NCBI GenBank assembly: GCA_963827235.1
Contig: CAWHAE010000012.1
Span: 896,001 to 960,000 of the forward strand
Reading direction: 5' to 3'
Origin: an uncultured bacterium
GTDB lineage: Bacteria > Chloroflexota > UBA5177 > JANWHV01
Length of the DNA: 64,000 bases
The position numbers and the translations under genes are program-made. Shown in pieces: positions 48,420-58,185 of the stretch; positions within the stretch are counted from its first letter, which is position 1, and each line of letters begins with the position of its first letter. The notes under the pieces are model-generated. The model searched no databases, had not been told where the DNA came from, and saw only the letters and a list, made by a program, of their open reading frames with translations.

Positions 48420-48860
48420 CCCGGCGGGCGTGCAGCTGCCTCTCACCTCAGCTACCCCCCAATGGTTACCACACTGCCACATGCAAGAAGCATATGAGCA
48501 ACTGCATGAATCGTCGGTGACCGGACTGCCCCCCAGTGATTACACGCAGTGTAGCAGGTACCGCGAACTCGCTGCCCCGCACGTCGATGCCGTTCGTGCT
48601 CGGAGCCGACGGCCACCGGCCGATCTCGTATCGCAGGCGTCGCGACCTGTACCTCCAGGCTTTCAGGTCAGACGGGCGGCCTGTTCGGTGCATGGTGTGG
48701 CAGGCGCTCCAGTTCCGCGGCGACCCCCGAGCCGAGAAACCGCCGCGAACCACTGGTCGGGCACAACCGGATCGCGAGCGCCCGTAATGCATCTCACGTG
48801 TTGTCGCCGGTCATACCGGGCTGTCTATCACACTGCCGGACAACGACTCCAGTGCCGGCT

Positions 48861-49655
48861 CTACGCGCCGCGATTCCGGCGCCGTCCCGCGGCCGGCGCC
48901 GGTACGTCCGCCATGGTGGGCGCGACCGCCAGCGCGCTGTGTTCCGGCACGCCGGCCCGCCTCGGCAATCCTCCCGGAGTCTCGGCCATCTTCTGGTAGC
49001 GAACGAGGCAACGGCCGATGCTGCCTTCAAGGACGACCGGCGTCACCACGGGCGGTGATGCATGCAGAATCTGCCGCGCGGCTTCGGCCTCCGCGATCTC
49101 GTCGCTCAGCGTGCTTGCTCCCTTGTAGAGGATTACCTCGCCCATGCGGCGTACAAACGGGATCGTGAGCTCGAGCAGGACGTTGGTGCGCGCCACTGCT
49201 CGGGCCACGCAGAGATCGTACGCCGCTCGGTGACCTACCTCGTGCGCCACGTCCTCGGCCCGCCCTTGCACGACACGGAGGTTGTCCAGGCCGAGCTGAT
49301 CTCTGGCCAGATCGAGAAAGCGAACCTTCTTGGCCGTCGCTTCCAGGACCGTCAGGTCCCAGTGAGGGAAGGCGATGGCCAGCGGGATACCTGGAATGCC
49401 GGCACCCGATCCCACGTCCAGGCAGGTGCGCGCTGCGTCGACCCGGTTGCCGGAAATCGCCGGCATGATGGTCAGCGCGTCAAGAAGGTGACGGGACCAG
49501 AGCTCCGACACGGCACCTGGTCCGATCAGATTGAAGCGCTGGTTCCAGCTCAGGAGAAGCTCGGCATAAGCCTCGAAGGTCGCCATCTGGCGTACATCGA
49601 GGCTCATACCAAGCGAGGCACTCCCTTGTCTGAGGAGTGAGCCGTCATCTGCCAT
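48861..49655 (-). CDS. rsmG: 16S rRNA m7G527 methyltransferase RsmG
   Basis: WNQRFNL, HLLD, LDVGSGAGIPG, KKVRFL, RAED, ARAVA, PRRAGVP. Confidence 0.95.
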   Translation of the reverse strand: MADDGSLLRQGSASLGMSLDVRQMATFEAYAELLLSWNQRFNLIGPGAVSELWSRHLLDALTIMPAISGNRVDAARTCLDVGSGAGIPGIPLAIAFPHWDLTVLEATAKKVRFLDLARDQLGLDNLRVVQGRAEDVAHEVGHRAAYDLCVARAVARTNVLLELTIPFVRRMGEVILYKGASTLSDEIAEAEAARQILHASPPVVTPVVLEGSIGRCLVRYQKMAETPGGLPRRAGVPEHSALAVAPTMADVPAPAAGRRRNRGA

Positions 49656-49854
49656 CGGTCGGCGTTCCCGTCATCTCTGGTCCGCTTCACGGTATATCCG
49701 GGTTGCGGTGTTCTCGTAGCGCTGATATGGTACACGCGGGGCACTGTCGTGGTCCCTGCCGCCACCCGCTATGAGCGGCGGGCAGAGCTTGGCGGGTGAT
49801 GCCGGTGAGCGGAGATTCGCCGGACCACGGCCACCGATACGTGCGAGAGTTGCG

Positions 49855-51975
49855 ATGGGGAAGTTTCTCGGATTCTGCTTCTTTGCCTGCGGCATGGCGG
49901 CGGTGTACTTCTGGGGCGTCAGGCCGCTGCTCGGACAGACAACGACCGCCACGCCGGCGGATACGGTGACAATCGTGGCACGCGCCACGACGACGCTGCC
50001 GGCACTGAGTACCGACGAGCAGGCTGCCGCGCGCGCCGCCGGGTCGTTCTTGACGGCATGGCAGGGCGGGCGCTACAGCGACATGTACGAGCAGCTGACG
50101 GCCGCGGCGAAGCAACGGATCAGCAGGGCCGCCTTCGCGGCGCGCTACCGAGCGGTTGCCGGCGAAGCGACCATCCGGTCGCTCAGCACGAGCGTGGGCG
50201 GCGTATCCATCGACGTCCCGCTGGCCACGGTCAATTTCGACGTACAGTTCGTCACCCAGGCCCTCGGCCCCGTACGCCAGGCCAACCAGATGCACCTAGT
50301 CTTCGGCGAGGACCGCTGGCAGGTGGATTGGTACCCGGCGCTCATCTTCAAGCAGCTCGTCGACCCCTACGTCGTTCATCTGGAGACCCTACCGTCGCGG
50401 CGGGGATCGATCGTGGATCGCCACGGCACACCGCTGGCCGAAGACGGCGACTTCATTCAGGTCGGCGTGGAGCCGGGCCTGATTCTCGATGAGAAGGGGT
50501 TGCTGGCATACCTCAGCTCCTGGCTGCACATGGACGAGTCCACCATCAAGCATCTGTACACGCTGTCATGGGCGCAGCCGGACTACTTCATGCCCATCAC
50601 CACGATCACCAGTTACCAGTACGAGCACGCGCCGGACGGCCTGGACAGCGCCAAAGCCAACGGGCTCAGATTCCAGCTCAGTCCCGGCCGCACATACCCA
50701 TACCACTCGCTGGCCTCCATCCTGATCGGCTATGTCGACCCTGCCACCGACCACGGCAAGGCTGGGCTCGAGCTCTCTCTGGACAAAGTCCTTGCCGGCA
50801 AAGATGGCGTCGGACTCTACGTCACCAACAGGGCCTACACCATGGTCGCGGCCACTATCGCCAAGCGACCGCCGGTAGACGGCAAGGATGTGTGGCTATC
50901 ACTCGACATAAAGGAGCAACAAGCGCTGGAGAACGCCCTGGGCACGCGAAATGGCGCGGCAGTGGCACTTCAGCCGTCGACCGGCCAGGTGCTTGCCCTG
51001 GTGAGCTCGCCCGGTTACGACCCGAACCGCTTTGAGATTCAGACGGTGGGAAGCGGCATCGGACCCGATCGCTCAATGTTTCCTCGGGCTACGATCGGCA
51101 CCTACCCGACCGGTTCGATCTTCAAGATCGTCACCATGGCGGCGGCGCTCGAGCGCGGAGGGTACCAGGCCGGCACCCTGATCGACGGCCCCGCGATATG
51201 GTACGGACTGGGAGCGTCGAACCCGCTCCACGACTGGTCGGCGGTGGGACACGGCACGATATCGCTGCAGGAAGCGCTCGTACAGTCCTGCGACACGTGT
51301 TTTTACGCCGTTGCCAAGCGCCTGGACGGCATCGACGAGAATATCCTGCCGCAGTTCGCTCGGGCCTTCGGCTTCGGCAAGCCGACAGGCATCGACAACG
51401 TCGCCGAGGCAAGTGGACTGGTGGGGGACAACGCCTGGAAACTGAAGACCTACAAAGACGCCTGGCGCACCGGGGACAGCATCAATCTGTCGATCGGGCA
51501 GGGCTACTTCCTGGCCACGCCCCTGCAAGTGGCCTCGATGCTTGCCTCCGTAGCCGACAAGGGTGTCGTGCACCAACCGCAGCTTGTCTTGCGTATCGGC
51601 ACCGCCAAGCAACCGGGCACCGTCACCGGACACCTGCCGGTCAGCCAGGAGCACCTCTTTACCATACTCAAAGGCATGCTGGGCGTGACCAGCGAGAGCA
51701 CCGGTACGGCGACCTTCGTCTTCAAGGGCTTCGACTGGCAGGTGGCAGGCAAGACGGGTACTGCCCAAAATCCCGGCACTCAACCGCACGCGTGGTTCGC
51801 CGCTATTGCGCCGTACAAGTCGCCCCAGATCGCGCTCGCAGTCGTGCTTGATAACGCCGGGGAAGGCTCGACCGTGGCGGCGCCCATCGCTCGCACTGCC
51901 CTGCAGGCCTACCTGAGCGAGGTGGTGCCGGTCGTTCTTAACGGCGCGCAGCCGCTGCAGGTGCCCGGGGGCTGA
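49855..51975 (+). CDS. Class B PBP (MecA-type NTF2-like N-terminus + dimerisation + transpeptidase)
   Basis: FL.AW....Y..MY, RG.I.DR.G.PLA, GSIFK, SCD, GKTGT. Confidence 0.92.
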   Translation: MGKFLGFCFFACGMAAVYFWGVRPLLGQTTTATPADTVTIVARATTTLPALSTDEQAAARAAGSFLTAWQGGRYSDMYEQLTAAAKQRISRAAFAARYRAVAGEATIRSLSTSVGGVSIDVPLATVNFDVQFVTQALGPVRQANQMHLVFGEDRWQVDWYPALIFKQLVDPYVVHLETLPSRRGSIVDRHGTPLAEDGDFIQVGVEPGLILDEKGLLAYLSSWLHMDESTIKHLYTLSWAQPDYFMPITTITSYQYEHAPDGLDSAKANGLRFQLSPGRTYPYHSLASILIGYVDPATDHGKAGLELSLDKVLAGKDGVGLYVTNRAYTMVAATIAKRPPVDGKDVWLSLDIKEQQALENALGTRNGAAVALQPSTGQVLALVSSPGYDPNRFEIQTVGSGIGPDRSMFPRATIGTYPTGSIFKIVTMAAALERGGYQAGTLIDGPAIWYGLGASNPLHDWSAVGHGTISLQEALVQSCDTCFYAVAKRLDGIDENILPQFARAFGFGKPTGIDNVAEASGLVGDNAWKLKTYKDAWRTGDSINLSIGQGYFLATPLQVASMLASVADKGVVHQPQLVLRIGTAKQPGTVTGHLPVSQEHLFTILKGMLGVTSESTGTATFVFKGFDWQVAGKTGTAQNPGTQPHAWFAAIAPYKSPQIALAVVLDNAGEGSTVAAPIARTALQAYLSEVVPVVLNGAQPLQVPGG

Positions 51976-51979
51976 ACCT

Positions 51980-53317
51980 TCAAGCGTCGAGCACGATATC
52001 GGCGGGCAGGACCTGGCGAGCGATCGCCAGCAGCTCGTCGTCGGTGGGCTCCGGCGAGCCGCCTTCTGCGTAGTGAGCCATCAGGCGGGCATGCATCGCC
52101 TGCACCGCCGGGTCGGTCTTGGCAATGCGCTGCGAGTCCTTGCCCCCAAGGCGGGTATTCAGCCACCAGGCAACTCCCGCGGCACCCGACTGATCGCTGA
52201 TCACGGCCCGGATCGGCCTCCCCAGTACCTGCTGAGGATCGAACGACATATACGTCTCGGGGTCTTTGAGGAGACCGTCGATGTGCACGCCGGCGCGCGT
52301 CGTGAAGCATTCCTCGCCGAGCATTGGATAATTGGCGGGCACCGGCACCGCGCATATCTCACGCATGTATGAGGCGATCTCCACCAGCACCGGCAGATTC
52401 AGACCCTGCTCACCGGTGAGGCCGACGTACTCGACCACGGCGGCCTCGAGCGGCGTGTTGCCGGTACGCTCGCCGGTGCCGAGCAGAGTGGCATTGATCG
52501 CGGCGCAACCGTAGAGCCACGCCGTGGCCGCACAGGCATGACCCTTGAAGAAGTCGTTGTGTCCGTGCCATTCGAGCTGGCTCGGCGCCACGCCCGCGTC
52601 GTGCACGAGCGCGTGTACCAAGCGGGGCAGGCCGCGGGGCAGGGCAACCGCGGCCCAGGGAGCGGCCACGCCCATGGTGTCGCACAGGCGGATGCTGATC
52701 TGCAGCCCGGCTTCTTCGCCGCGCCTCACGAGCGCCCGCGCGAAAGGCACGACGAATCCGTGAACATCCGCGCGGGTCACGTCCTCGAAGTGGCAGCGGG
52801 GGCGTATGCCGGCCGCGAGCGCCTGGTCGACTACGCTCAGGTAGGCTTCGCATGCCCGCACGCGGTCCAGCCCCAGCTTGGTGTAGATGTGATGGTCCGA
52901 CACGGAGGTGAGAATTCCCGTCTCAGCCAGGCCAAGTTCGCGGACGATCGCCAGATCCTCGGCATTGGCGCGTATCCACGCCGTGACTTCCGGGTACCTG
53001 TAGCCGCGCGAGCGGCACAAGTCCACGATCGCCCGCTGCAATCGCGTATAGACGAAGAACTCGCTCTTGCGGATCAGTCCCACGCCGTTGTCCAGCCGAT
53101 GCAGAAAGTCGAAAAGGTGCGCGACTTGCTCGGCCGAATATGCTGCACGCGCCTGCTGGCCATCGCGAAAGGTGGTGTCGGTTATCCGCAGCACGGGAGC
53201 CGGTTCCATCGGCACCTCGTCGGGCAACAGAATGGTGCGGGGCAGGCCGTAGTACGGGAAGGCGTCCCGGTACGCGTCTGCTCCGGCCGGTGTGCCAGGT
53301 TGCCGGCTGGTGTCCAT
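51980..53317 (-). CDS. DRE-TIM metallolyase, Re-citrate synthase-like (IPMS/homocitrate synthase family)
   Basis: ITDTTFRDGQQAR, SEFF.Y, PEVTAWIRA, ETGIL.S.SD.HI, RCHFEDVTRAD, LEWHGHNDF, GERTGNTPLE, TRAG.H.DGLLK. Confidence 0.8.
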   Translation of the reverse strand: MDTSRQPGTPAGADAYRDAFPYYGLPRTILLPDEVPMEPAPVLRITDTTFRDGQQARAAYSAEQVAHLFDFLHRLDNGVGLIRKSEFFVYTRLQRAIVDLCRSRGYRYPEVTAWIRANAEDLAIVRELGLAETGILTSVSDHHIYTKLGLDRVRACEAYLSVVDQALAAGIRPRCHFEDVTRADVHGFVVPFARALVRRGEEAGLQISIRLCDTMGVAAPWAAVALPRGLPRLVHALVHDAGVAPSQLEWHGHNDFFKGHACAATAWLYGCAAINATLLGTGERTGNTPLEAAVVEYVGLTGEQGLNLPVLVEIASYMREICAVPVPANYPMLGEECFTTRAGVHIDGLLKDPETYMSFDPQQVLGRPIRAVISDQSGAAGVAWWLNTRLGGKDSQRIAKTDPAVQAMHARLMAHYAEGGSPEPTDDELLAIARQVLPADIVLDA

Positions 53318-53354
53318 GCCAATCCTCCGTCTCGTCCCTAGAGCAAGGTGCAGT

Positions 53355-53445
53355 GTCAAACTACATTGACTTACCTGCACGTTACATGATTTATATTGAT
53401 TCATCAAGACGGCGATTGACGGGCGCCGCGGCGGCTGCCTACACT
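53355..53445. promoter_or_regulatory. Divergent promoters with TTGA(T/C) inverted repeats
   Basis: Minus strand TTGATG-17-TAACGT; plus strand TTGACG(53416)-18-TACACT; palindromes GTCAA-N6-TTGAC (53355-70) and TTGAT-TC-ATCAA (53396-407). Confidence 0.6.
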
Positions 53446-53691
53446 GAGCACGTTGCCGGGCAGCTTGGCACGTTTCTCCGCGGTCGGCGCCGGTCGGACT
53501 GCACGGATTCATGCTCGGCCGCCCGGCCTTCTGGCCTGCACTGCCAGAACGCGAACGACGCTCGCCGCGGGAAGAGTGCCGGACGGCCGACGGATCAACG
53601 GCAGCGACGCTCAGGCTGAGGCATGGCCGCCGCCGGCCGGAAAGGCGCGGCGTCTCGAAGCGAATACCAGTACGATGGGGTGGAAAGGCAT

Positions 53692-53928
53692 ATGGCGCAG
53701 ACTCTCGAGGGCGAAGAGTATCTCACCGTGGAGGAAGCCTGCGCGGTGCTGGAGGTCAAGGCCGCGACACTCTACGCCTACGTCAGTCGCGGCAAGCTGC
53801 GGAGCTATCGCCAGGGCATCCACCGTCAGCGGCTGTACAAGCGCTCCGAAGTCGAGGCACTCGCCCGCTTGGGCCCCAGCCGGCACGTCAATCTGCCCTT
53901 GGTCGATCCCTGGTCTGACATGCATTGA
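53692..53928 (+). CDS. Stand-alone MerR/excisionase-like (HTH_17) DNA-binding protein
   Basis: YLTVEEACAVLEVKAATLYAYVSRGKL...RLYKRSEVEAL. Confidence 0.85.
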   Translation: MAQTLEGEEYLTVEEACAVLEVKAATLYAYVSRGKLRSYRQGIHRQRLYKRSEVEALARLGPSRHVNLPLVDPWSDMH

Positions 53929-53965
53929 GCCGGCGAAGCCGGCCGGTACCACGGGCACGCCTGCT

Positions 53966-54760
53966 TCACGACGGCGGTACGTCCTCAGACGAGCCGCGGA
54001 CGGCGGCGGCGTTTCGATAGAGACCGCGCAGGTCGTCGATCCTGATCCGCACCAGGTCGAGCGTCATGCTGAGCGTGTCGGGAGCCGCCCGCACGCGCGA
54101 ATCGTCGTTGAAGTACCAATCGATGCCCACGACCTTCATGGAATATCCGCGCTTCCGCGCCAGGAACAGCACCTCGGCGTCGAAGCTGAAGCCATCCATG
54201 CGCTGGCGAGCAAAGAGATCGCGCGCCGGGCCTCTGCGGAAGCCTTTGAATCCGCACTGCGTATCGTCCAGGCCGCGGATGACAAGCACTTTCACCAGCA
54301 GATTGAAGACACGGCCCATGACATGGCGCCGGGCAGGCTCGCCGTAGCGTTGGGCGCCGGGGCCTTCTCTGGACCCGACCGCGAGATCGAATCCGCCATC
54401 TAGGGCTTCGATGAACCGGTCGAGATCGTCTATGGGCATCGAAAGATCGGCATCGCAAAACACGACGTAGGGCATGGTCGCCGCCAGCATACCGGCGCGC
54501 ACCGCGGACCCTTTGCCGCGATGCGGCAGCGCGATCAAGCGCAGACCTGGCATCTGGCGGGCGCGCAGTTCCACCAGGGCGCCCGTGCCGTCCTCGCTGC
54601 CGTCATCGCAAACAAGCACTTCCAGTGGCCTGCCGAGGTGCGTGCCGTAGCGGGCAATCTCGTCCAGGGCCCGAGGCAAACGGCGCTCCTCGTTGTAGGC
54701 GGGAATGACGATGCTTAGCCCGGGTCCGGCCGGAAGGCCTTCTTGCGTGTCGTCCGTCAT
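53966..54760 (-). CDS. GT2 polyprenyl/dolichyl-phosphate glycosyltransferase
   Basis: SIVIPAYNEE, DDGSED, GKG.AVR.G, DADL, DTQCGFK, FDAE. Confidence 0.92.
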   Translation of the reverse strand: MTDDTQEGLPAGPGLSIVIPAYNEERRLPRALDEIARYGTHLGRPLEVLVCDDGSEDGTGALVELRARQMPGLRLIALPHRGKGSAVRAGMLAATMPYVVFCDADLSMPIDDLDRFIEALDGGFDLAVGSREGPGAQRYGEPARRHVMGRVFNLLVKVLVIRGLDDTQCGFKGFRRGPARDLFARQRMDGFSFDAEVLFLARKRGYSMKVVGIDWYFNDDSRVRAAPDTLSMTLDLVRIRIDDLRGLYRNAAAVRGSSEDVPPS

Positions 54761-54956
54761 GGTGTCGGGTCACCTCCGGGCTTCCTGGCGCTGGCCCCCA
54801 GCGGCTTGCCAACACGGGATGGCGGCGCGCTTCCTGGACGGCAGCGCCTATGCTCACCCGCCCTACCGCGGCGCGAACTGAATCCAGAAGGCACGATATC
54901 CCATCCGGCCGATCACGAGCAGCCCGTCGATGCCCACGAGCGCGGCACGTGACCCA

Positions 54957-55649
54957 CTAGGTCGGCTTGCCCGTGAGGACGACGCCGATCACCGGCGCCT
55001 TCACGCGGTCGAGCAGATCTCGCGCCCGGCGCGCGTCAAGCCGATGCGTCTTCCCGGGCTTGACGGCAATGATCACGCCATCCACCAGCCTGGCCAGATC
55101 CAGGCCGTCGACCTGCTCAAGGATAGGGGCGCCAATGATAATCACCCTGTCCGCGCTCTTCTTGAGCTGCTGCAGCACCTCGGGCAGGCGCTTGGCTCGT
55201 CCGATGCCTCCCGGAACGGGCGCGGCAGAACCGGCGCCGATCAGGTGCAGACCCGGCACCTCGGGCACGGCGTTCAAGGCAGCCACGAAATCGGGGGACT
55301 CGTCCTGGATGAGATTCTTGAAGCCGAGCGTAGCGGAGAGAGAAAACAGCGACTCCAGGCTGGGCGTGTGCGGATCGCCGTCTATCAACACCACGCTCTC
55401 ACCGTCCTTTGCCGCCAGAATAGCCAGATTGACGGCAACCGAGCACGCCGCGGCAGACGCATCGATGGCACTGACCAGGATACTGGTCCCCTCGGCTGTC
55501 ATGAGCTCGTACTTCACGTTCAGAAATGCCTGCTCGTAGGCCTTCCGGAGCGAATCCGGACACGCCGATTCCGTCACGAGCGCACCGGTACCGTGCGACT
55601 GTGCTATGGCGGTGCCTACCCGACCACTATATCCCTGCGTACCAACCAT
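54957..55649 (-). CDS. CpsD/CapB-like BY-kinase homolog with degenerate catalytic motifs
   Basis: ILVS....A.NLA...A..G..V.LIDGD...P.L, LA..VDGV..V..GKT, IGVVL. Confidence 0.8.
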   Translation of the reverse strand: MVGTQGYSGRVGTAIAQSHGTGALVTESACPDSLRKAYEQAFLNVKYELMTAEGTSILVSAIDASAAACSVAVNLAILAAKDGESVVLIDGDPHTPSLESLFSLSATLGFKNLIQDESPDFVAALNAVPEVPGLHLIGAGSAAPVPGGIGRAKRLPEVLQQLKKSADRVIIIGAPILEQVDGLDLARLVDGVIIAVKPGKTHRLDARRARDLLDRVKAPVIGVVLTGKPT

Positions 55650-55721
55650 CAGTGTGTATTCCTGTCATTCTGCCTGCTCTCATGCCGGCAATTTCTCCAT
55701 GACGTAGCGCCAGGGAAACGA

Positions 55722-56450
55722 TCACTTGCCATTCGGCAAGACGCCAAGCGTCGCGGTGTGCATCCAGATCCGCACGTCCTGCTCGTCGTGAATGCTCTCA
55801 TCCAGATACTCCCACAGGAATGCGAGAGCGATGCCGAGGACCACGCCGGCCAAGGCCTTGGTAAGCCAGCTCAAGACCGTGGAAGTCAGCGACATCGTGG
55901 TCGTGCTCGGTGGATCGAGTGTGCGCCAGGTTATCGGGAATTCCTGTAATTCCCCGCCGGGAGCAGTTTGGAGCGCGGTCTTGTTATATTCAGGCAGGAA
56001 ATCGCGACTCAACACCACCACGGCGGCGTTGACGAGGTCAAGCGCCTTGCTTTGACTGGAAGACTTGTACTCCAGCTCCAGGTCCCGTCCGCCGGTGACG
56101 TTGGCGCCAAGTACGGAGCGTATCACCTTCCAGTCGATCTTGAGATTGTAGTGCTGGAGAATGTACGCCTGAAGCGACTTGGGGTACTGCAGCTGAGTGG
56201 TGAAATACTTCGCCGCGCCGGTGGCGCTTCCCGCGTTGCCCAGGGCGGCGCCAATCGGATCGATATAGATGTTCGCGGTCTTGTAAATCGGTGCTTCTTG
56301 GGAAAACTCGATAGTCGTCTGTGCCTTATAGTAGCTGCCATACAACGTGTACGCGGTATATGCCGCCGCCAGTACGGCCACGACGACAACGGTCGTCACG
56401 ATGATACGCCACTGACGCTGCAATACGCGCCAGTACCAACGAAGTTCCAA
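55722..56450 (-). CDS. Wzz/CpsC-like polysaccharide co-polymerase
   Basis: TTG start after GGAGGT; LR.YWRVL..QWRII, two TMs, LAFL.EYLD.SI..E.DV...LG.LP. Confidence 0.85.
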   Translation of the reverse strand: MELRWYWRVLQRQWRIIVTTVVVVAVLAAAYTAYTLYGSYYKAQTTIEFSQEAPIYKTANIYIDPIGAALGNAGSATGAAKYFTTQLQYPKSLQAYILQHYNLKIDWKVIRSVLGANVTGGRDLELEYKSSSQSKALDLVNAAVVVLSRDFLPEYNKTALQTAPGGELQEFPITWRTLDPPSTTTMSLTSTVLSWLTKALAGVVLGIALAFLWEYLDESIHDEQDVRIWMHTATLGVLPNGK

Positions 56451-56609
56451 GAGCGAGTACCTCCCTATGCTTTCCAGTCGATGGTAATAGATCGGGCCTA
56501 CTTCAGGCCAGGGACATCTCCGCCGCCCGACGAGGCGCAGAGCAAGTATTCGGCTCGGGCCTACCGAGCGCGAGCGCATTCGGCGGACGCGCCGGGTGAG
56601 CAGGCATTG

Positions 56610-58184
56610 CTAGTAGGCGCCGTTGCGCGTGATCACTGCCAGGATGGTGCGCAGCATGATCTTGATGTCGAGCGTCAGCGACCAGTTGTCAATATAGTAG
56701 GTATCCATGATGATGATCTCTTCGAAGCTCTCGATGTTGCTTCTGCCGCTGACCTGCCAGTATCCGGTAATGCCGCCTATCACCTCGAGCCGCTTGAAGT
56801 GGTGCGGCGCGTAGTTCGCCACCTCGCTGGGCAGCGGAGGGCGCGGCCCGACCAGGCTCATGTCACCCCGCAGCACGTTGATCAGCTGCGGCAGCTCGTC
56901 GAGCGATAGCCTGCGCAGAGAGCGGCCCACGCGGGTGCGCCGGGGGTCGTTCCTGTCCTTGAAGATCCGCGGGTCGGCGATTCCCTTCTCCGCGATCAGC
57001 TTGTCCAGCATCTCGCCGGCATTGACGTACATCGAGCGGAACTTCAGGAACGTGAACGGCTTGCCGCCTTTGCCGATGCGCTGTTCCTTATAGAGAATGG
57101 GCCCACGAGAGTCCAGCTTGACGGCAAGCGCGATCAGCAGGAGCACCGGCGAAGCGATCAGCAATGCCAGACCGGCCAGCACGATGTCGGCCGTGCGCTT
57201 AACGGCGCGCGCCACGCGGCTATGCCGCCTGCGTTCCACGTCGATCAGCGGAATCCCGGCAATGTGATCCATGCGCACGCGGGAGAGACTGAGCTCGAAG
57301 AGATCCGGCACCAGCTTCACTGCCACGTCGGCCGCTTCACAGTGCGCGCAGATCGCTGCGATGTCGTCGTGATTGGTAGCAGGCAGGGTGATGATCACCT
57401 CGTCAATCGCCATGTCGCGCACGATGTCGGTAATGCGAGAGACGTCGCCCAGGCAGGCGAAGCGACCGAAGTTAGCGTACGCGCACGACGCGTCTTCCGG
57501 CGAGACCTCGTCGAGCGAGAGCAGCGATTCGCGCACGAAGCCGATCAGGTGGTAGCCGTGATTCCGCTTGGTGAGTAAGTTCTGCATCACCATCTTGCCG
57601 ACGGGCGTTGCGCCCGCCACCACCACGCGCCGCGTATTCCAGCCGCTGCCGTGCAGCCGGGCCAGGAGAGCATACAGGAAAAAGCGACCGAGAATCAGCA
57701 GTGCCACCAGCAAGAACCAGGCATAGACGATGACCAGGCGCGATTCGACTTTGACCGGCATATAAGCGGTGACGATGGATATGAGGCCGACCCCGACCAG
57801 GCTGCTGCGGCACAGGTCGAGCAGCTCGTCGGGGAGGTCTCGTCCCAGCCTCAGCCTATAGGCCCCACCGAAAATCAGGCTCAGGCTCTCGATCACGCTG
57901 AACACGATGCCGAATGGGATCCAGTCCTGAAATGGGACCCAGACAAGACCGCGCTCCACGGGCACCCACTGTACGACGTAGCGCAACATGTACGCGCAGC
58001 AAAATGCCAGCCAGATCAGCGTCGAGTCCAGAACGGCGCCGATCACCGCCAGCTCGAGGCGAGCACGTCGCTGTGCCTCCGGCAACACTCGGGTGAGACC
58101 GGCCCGCCCCGGATCCCCGCTCAGCACCTCGATGCGCGTTGTGACGGCAAGCGACGGATCGACAATTGTAGGAGCCTGTGCCAT
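56610..58184 (-). CDS. Priming polyprenyl-phosphate sugar phosphotransferase (WcaJ/CpsE-like)
   Basis: KRTADI, KFRSM, DPRRTRVG..LR..SLDELPQL.NVL.GDMSLVGPRP, GITG.WQVSGRS. Confidence 0.95.
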   Translation of the reverse strand: MAQAPTIVDPSLAVTTRIEVLSGDPGRAGLTRVLPEAQRRARLELAVIGAVLDSTLIWLAFCCAYMLRYVVQWVPVERGLVWVPFQDWIPFGIVFSVIESLSLIFGGAYRLRLGRDLPDELLDLCRSSLVGVGLISIVTAYMPVKVESRLVIVYAWFLLVALLILGRFFLYALLARLHGSGWNTRRVVVAGATPVGKMVMQNLLTKRNHGYHLIGFVRESLLSLDEVSPEDASCAYANFGRFACLGDVSRITDIVRDMAIDEVIITLPATNHDDIAAICAHCEAADVAVKLVPDLFELSLSRVRMDHIAGIPLIDVERRRHSRVARAVKRTADIVLAGLALLIASPVLLLIALAVKLDSRGPILYKEQRIGKGGKPFTFLKFRSMYVNAGEMLDKLIAEKGIADPRIFKDRNDPRRTRVGRSLRRLSLDELPQLINVLRGDMSLVGPRPPLPSEVANYAPHHFKRLEVIGGITGYWQVSGRSNIESFEEIIIMDTYYIDNWSLTLDIKIMLRTILAVITRNGAY

Positions 58185-58185
58185 G

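Noticed and set aside
48466-48860. ORFs in the gap between rsmG and the TPR gene
   Set aside because: No recognisable motif or coding-like composition.
53692-53928. HTH as a prophage or ICE excisionase
   Set aside because: No integrase, att-like repeat or phage gene nearby; the flanks are housekeeping genes.
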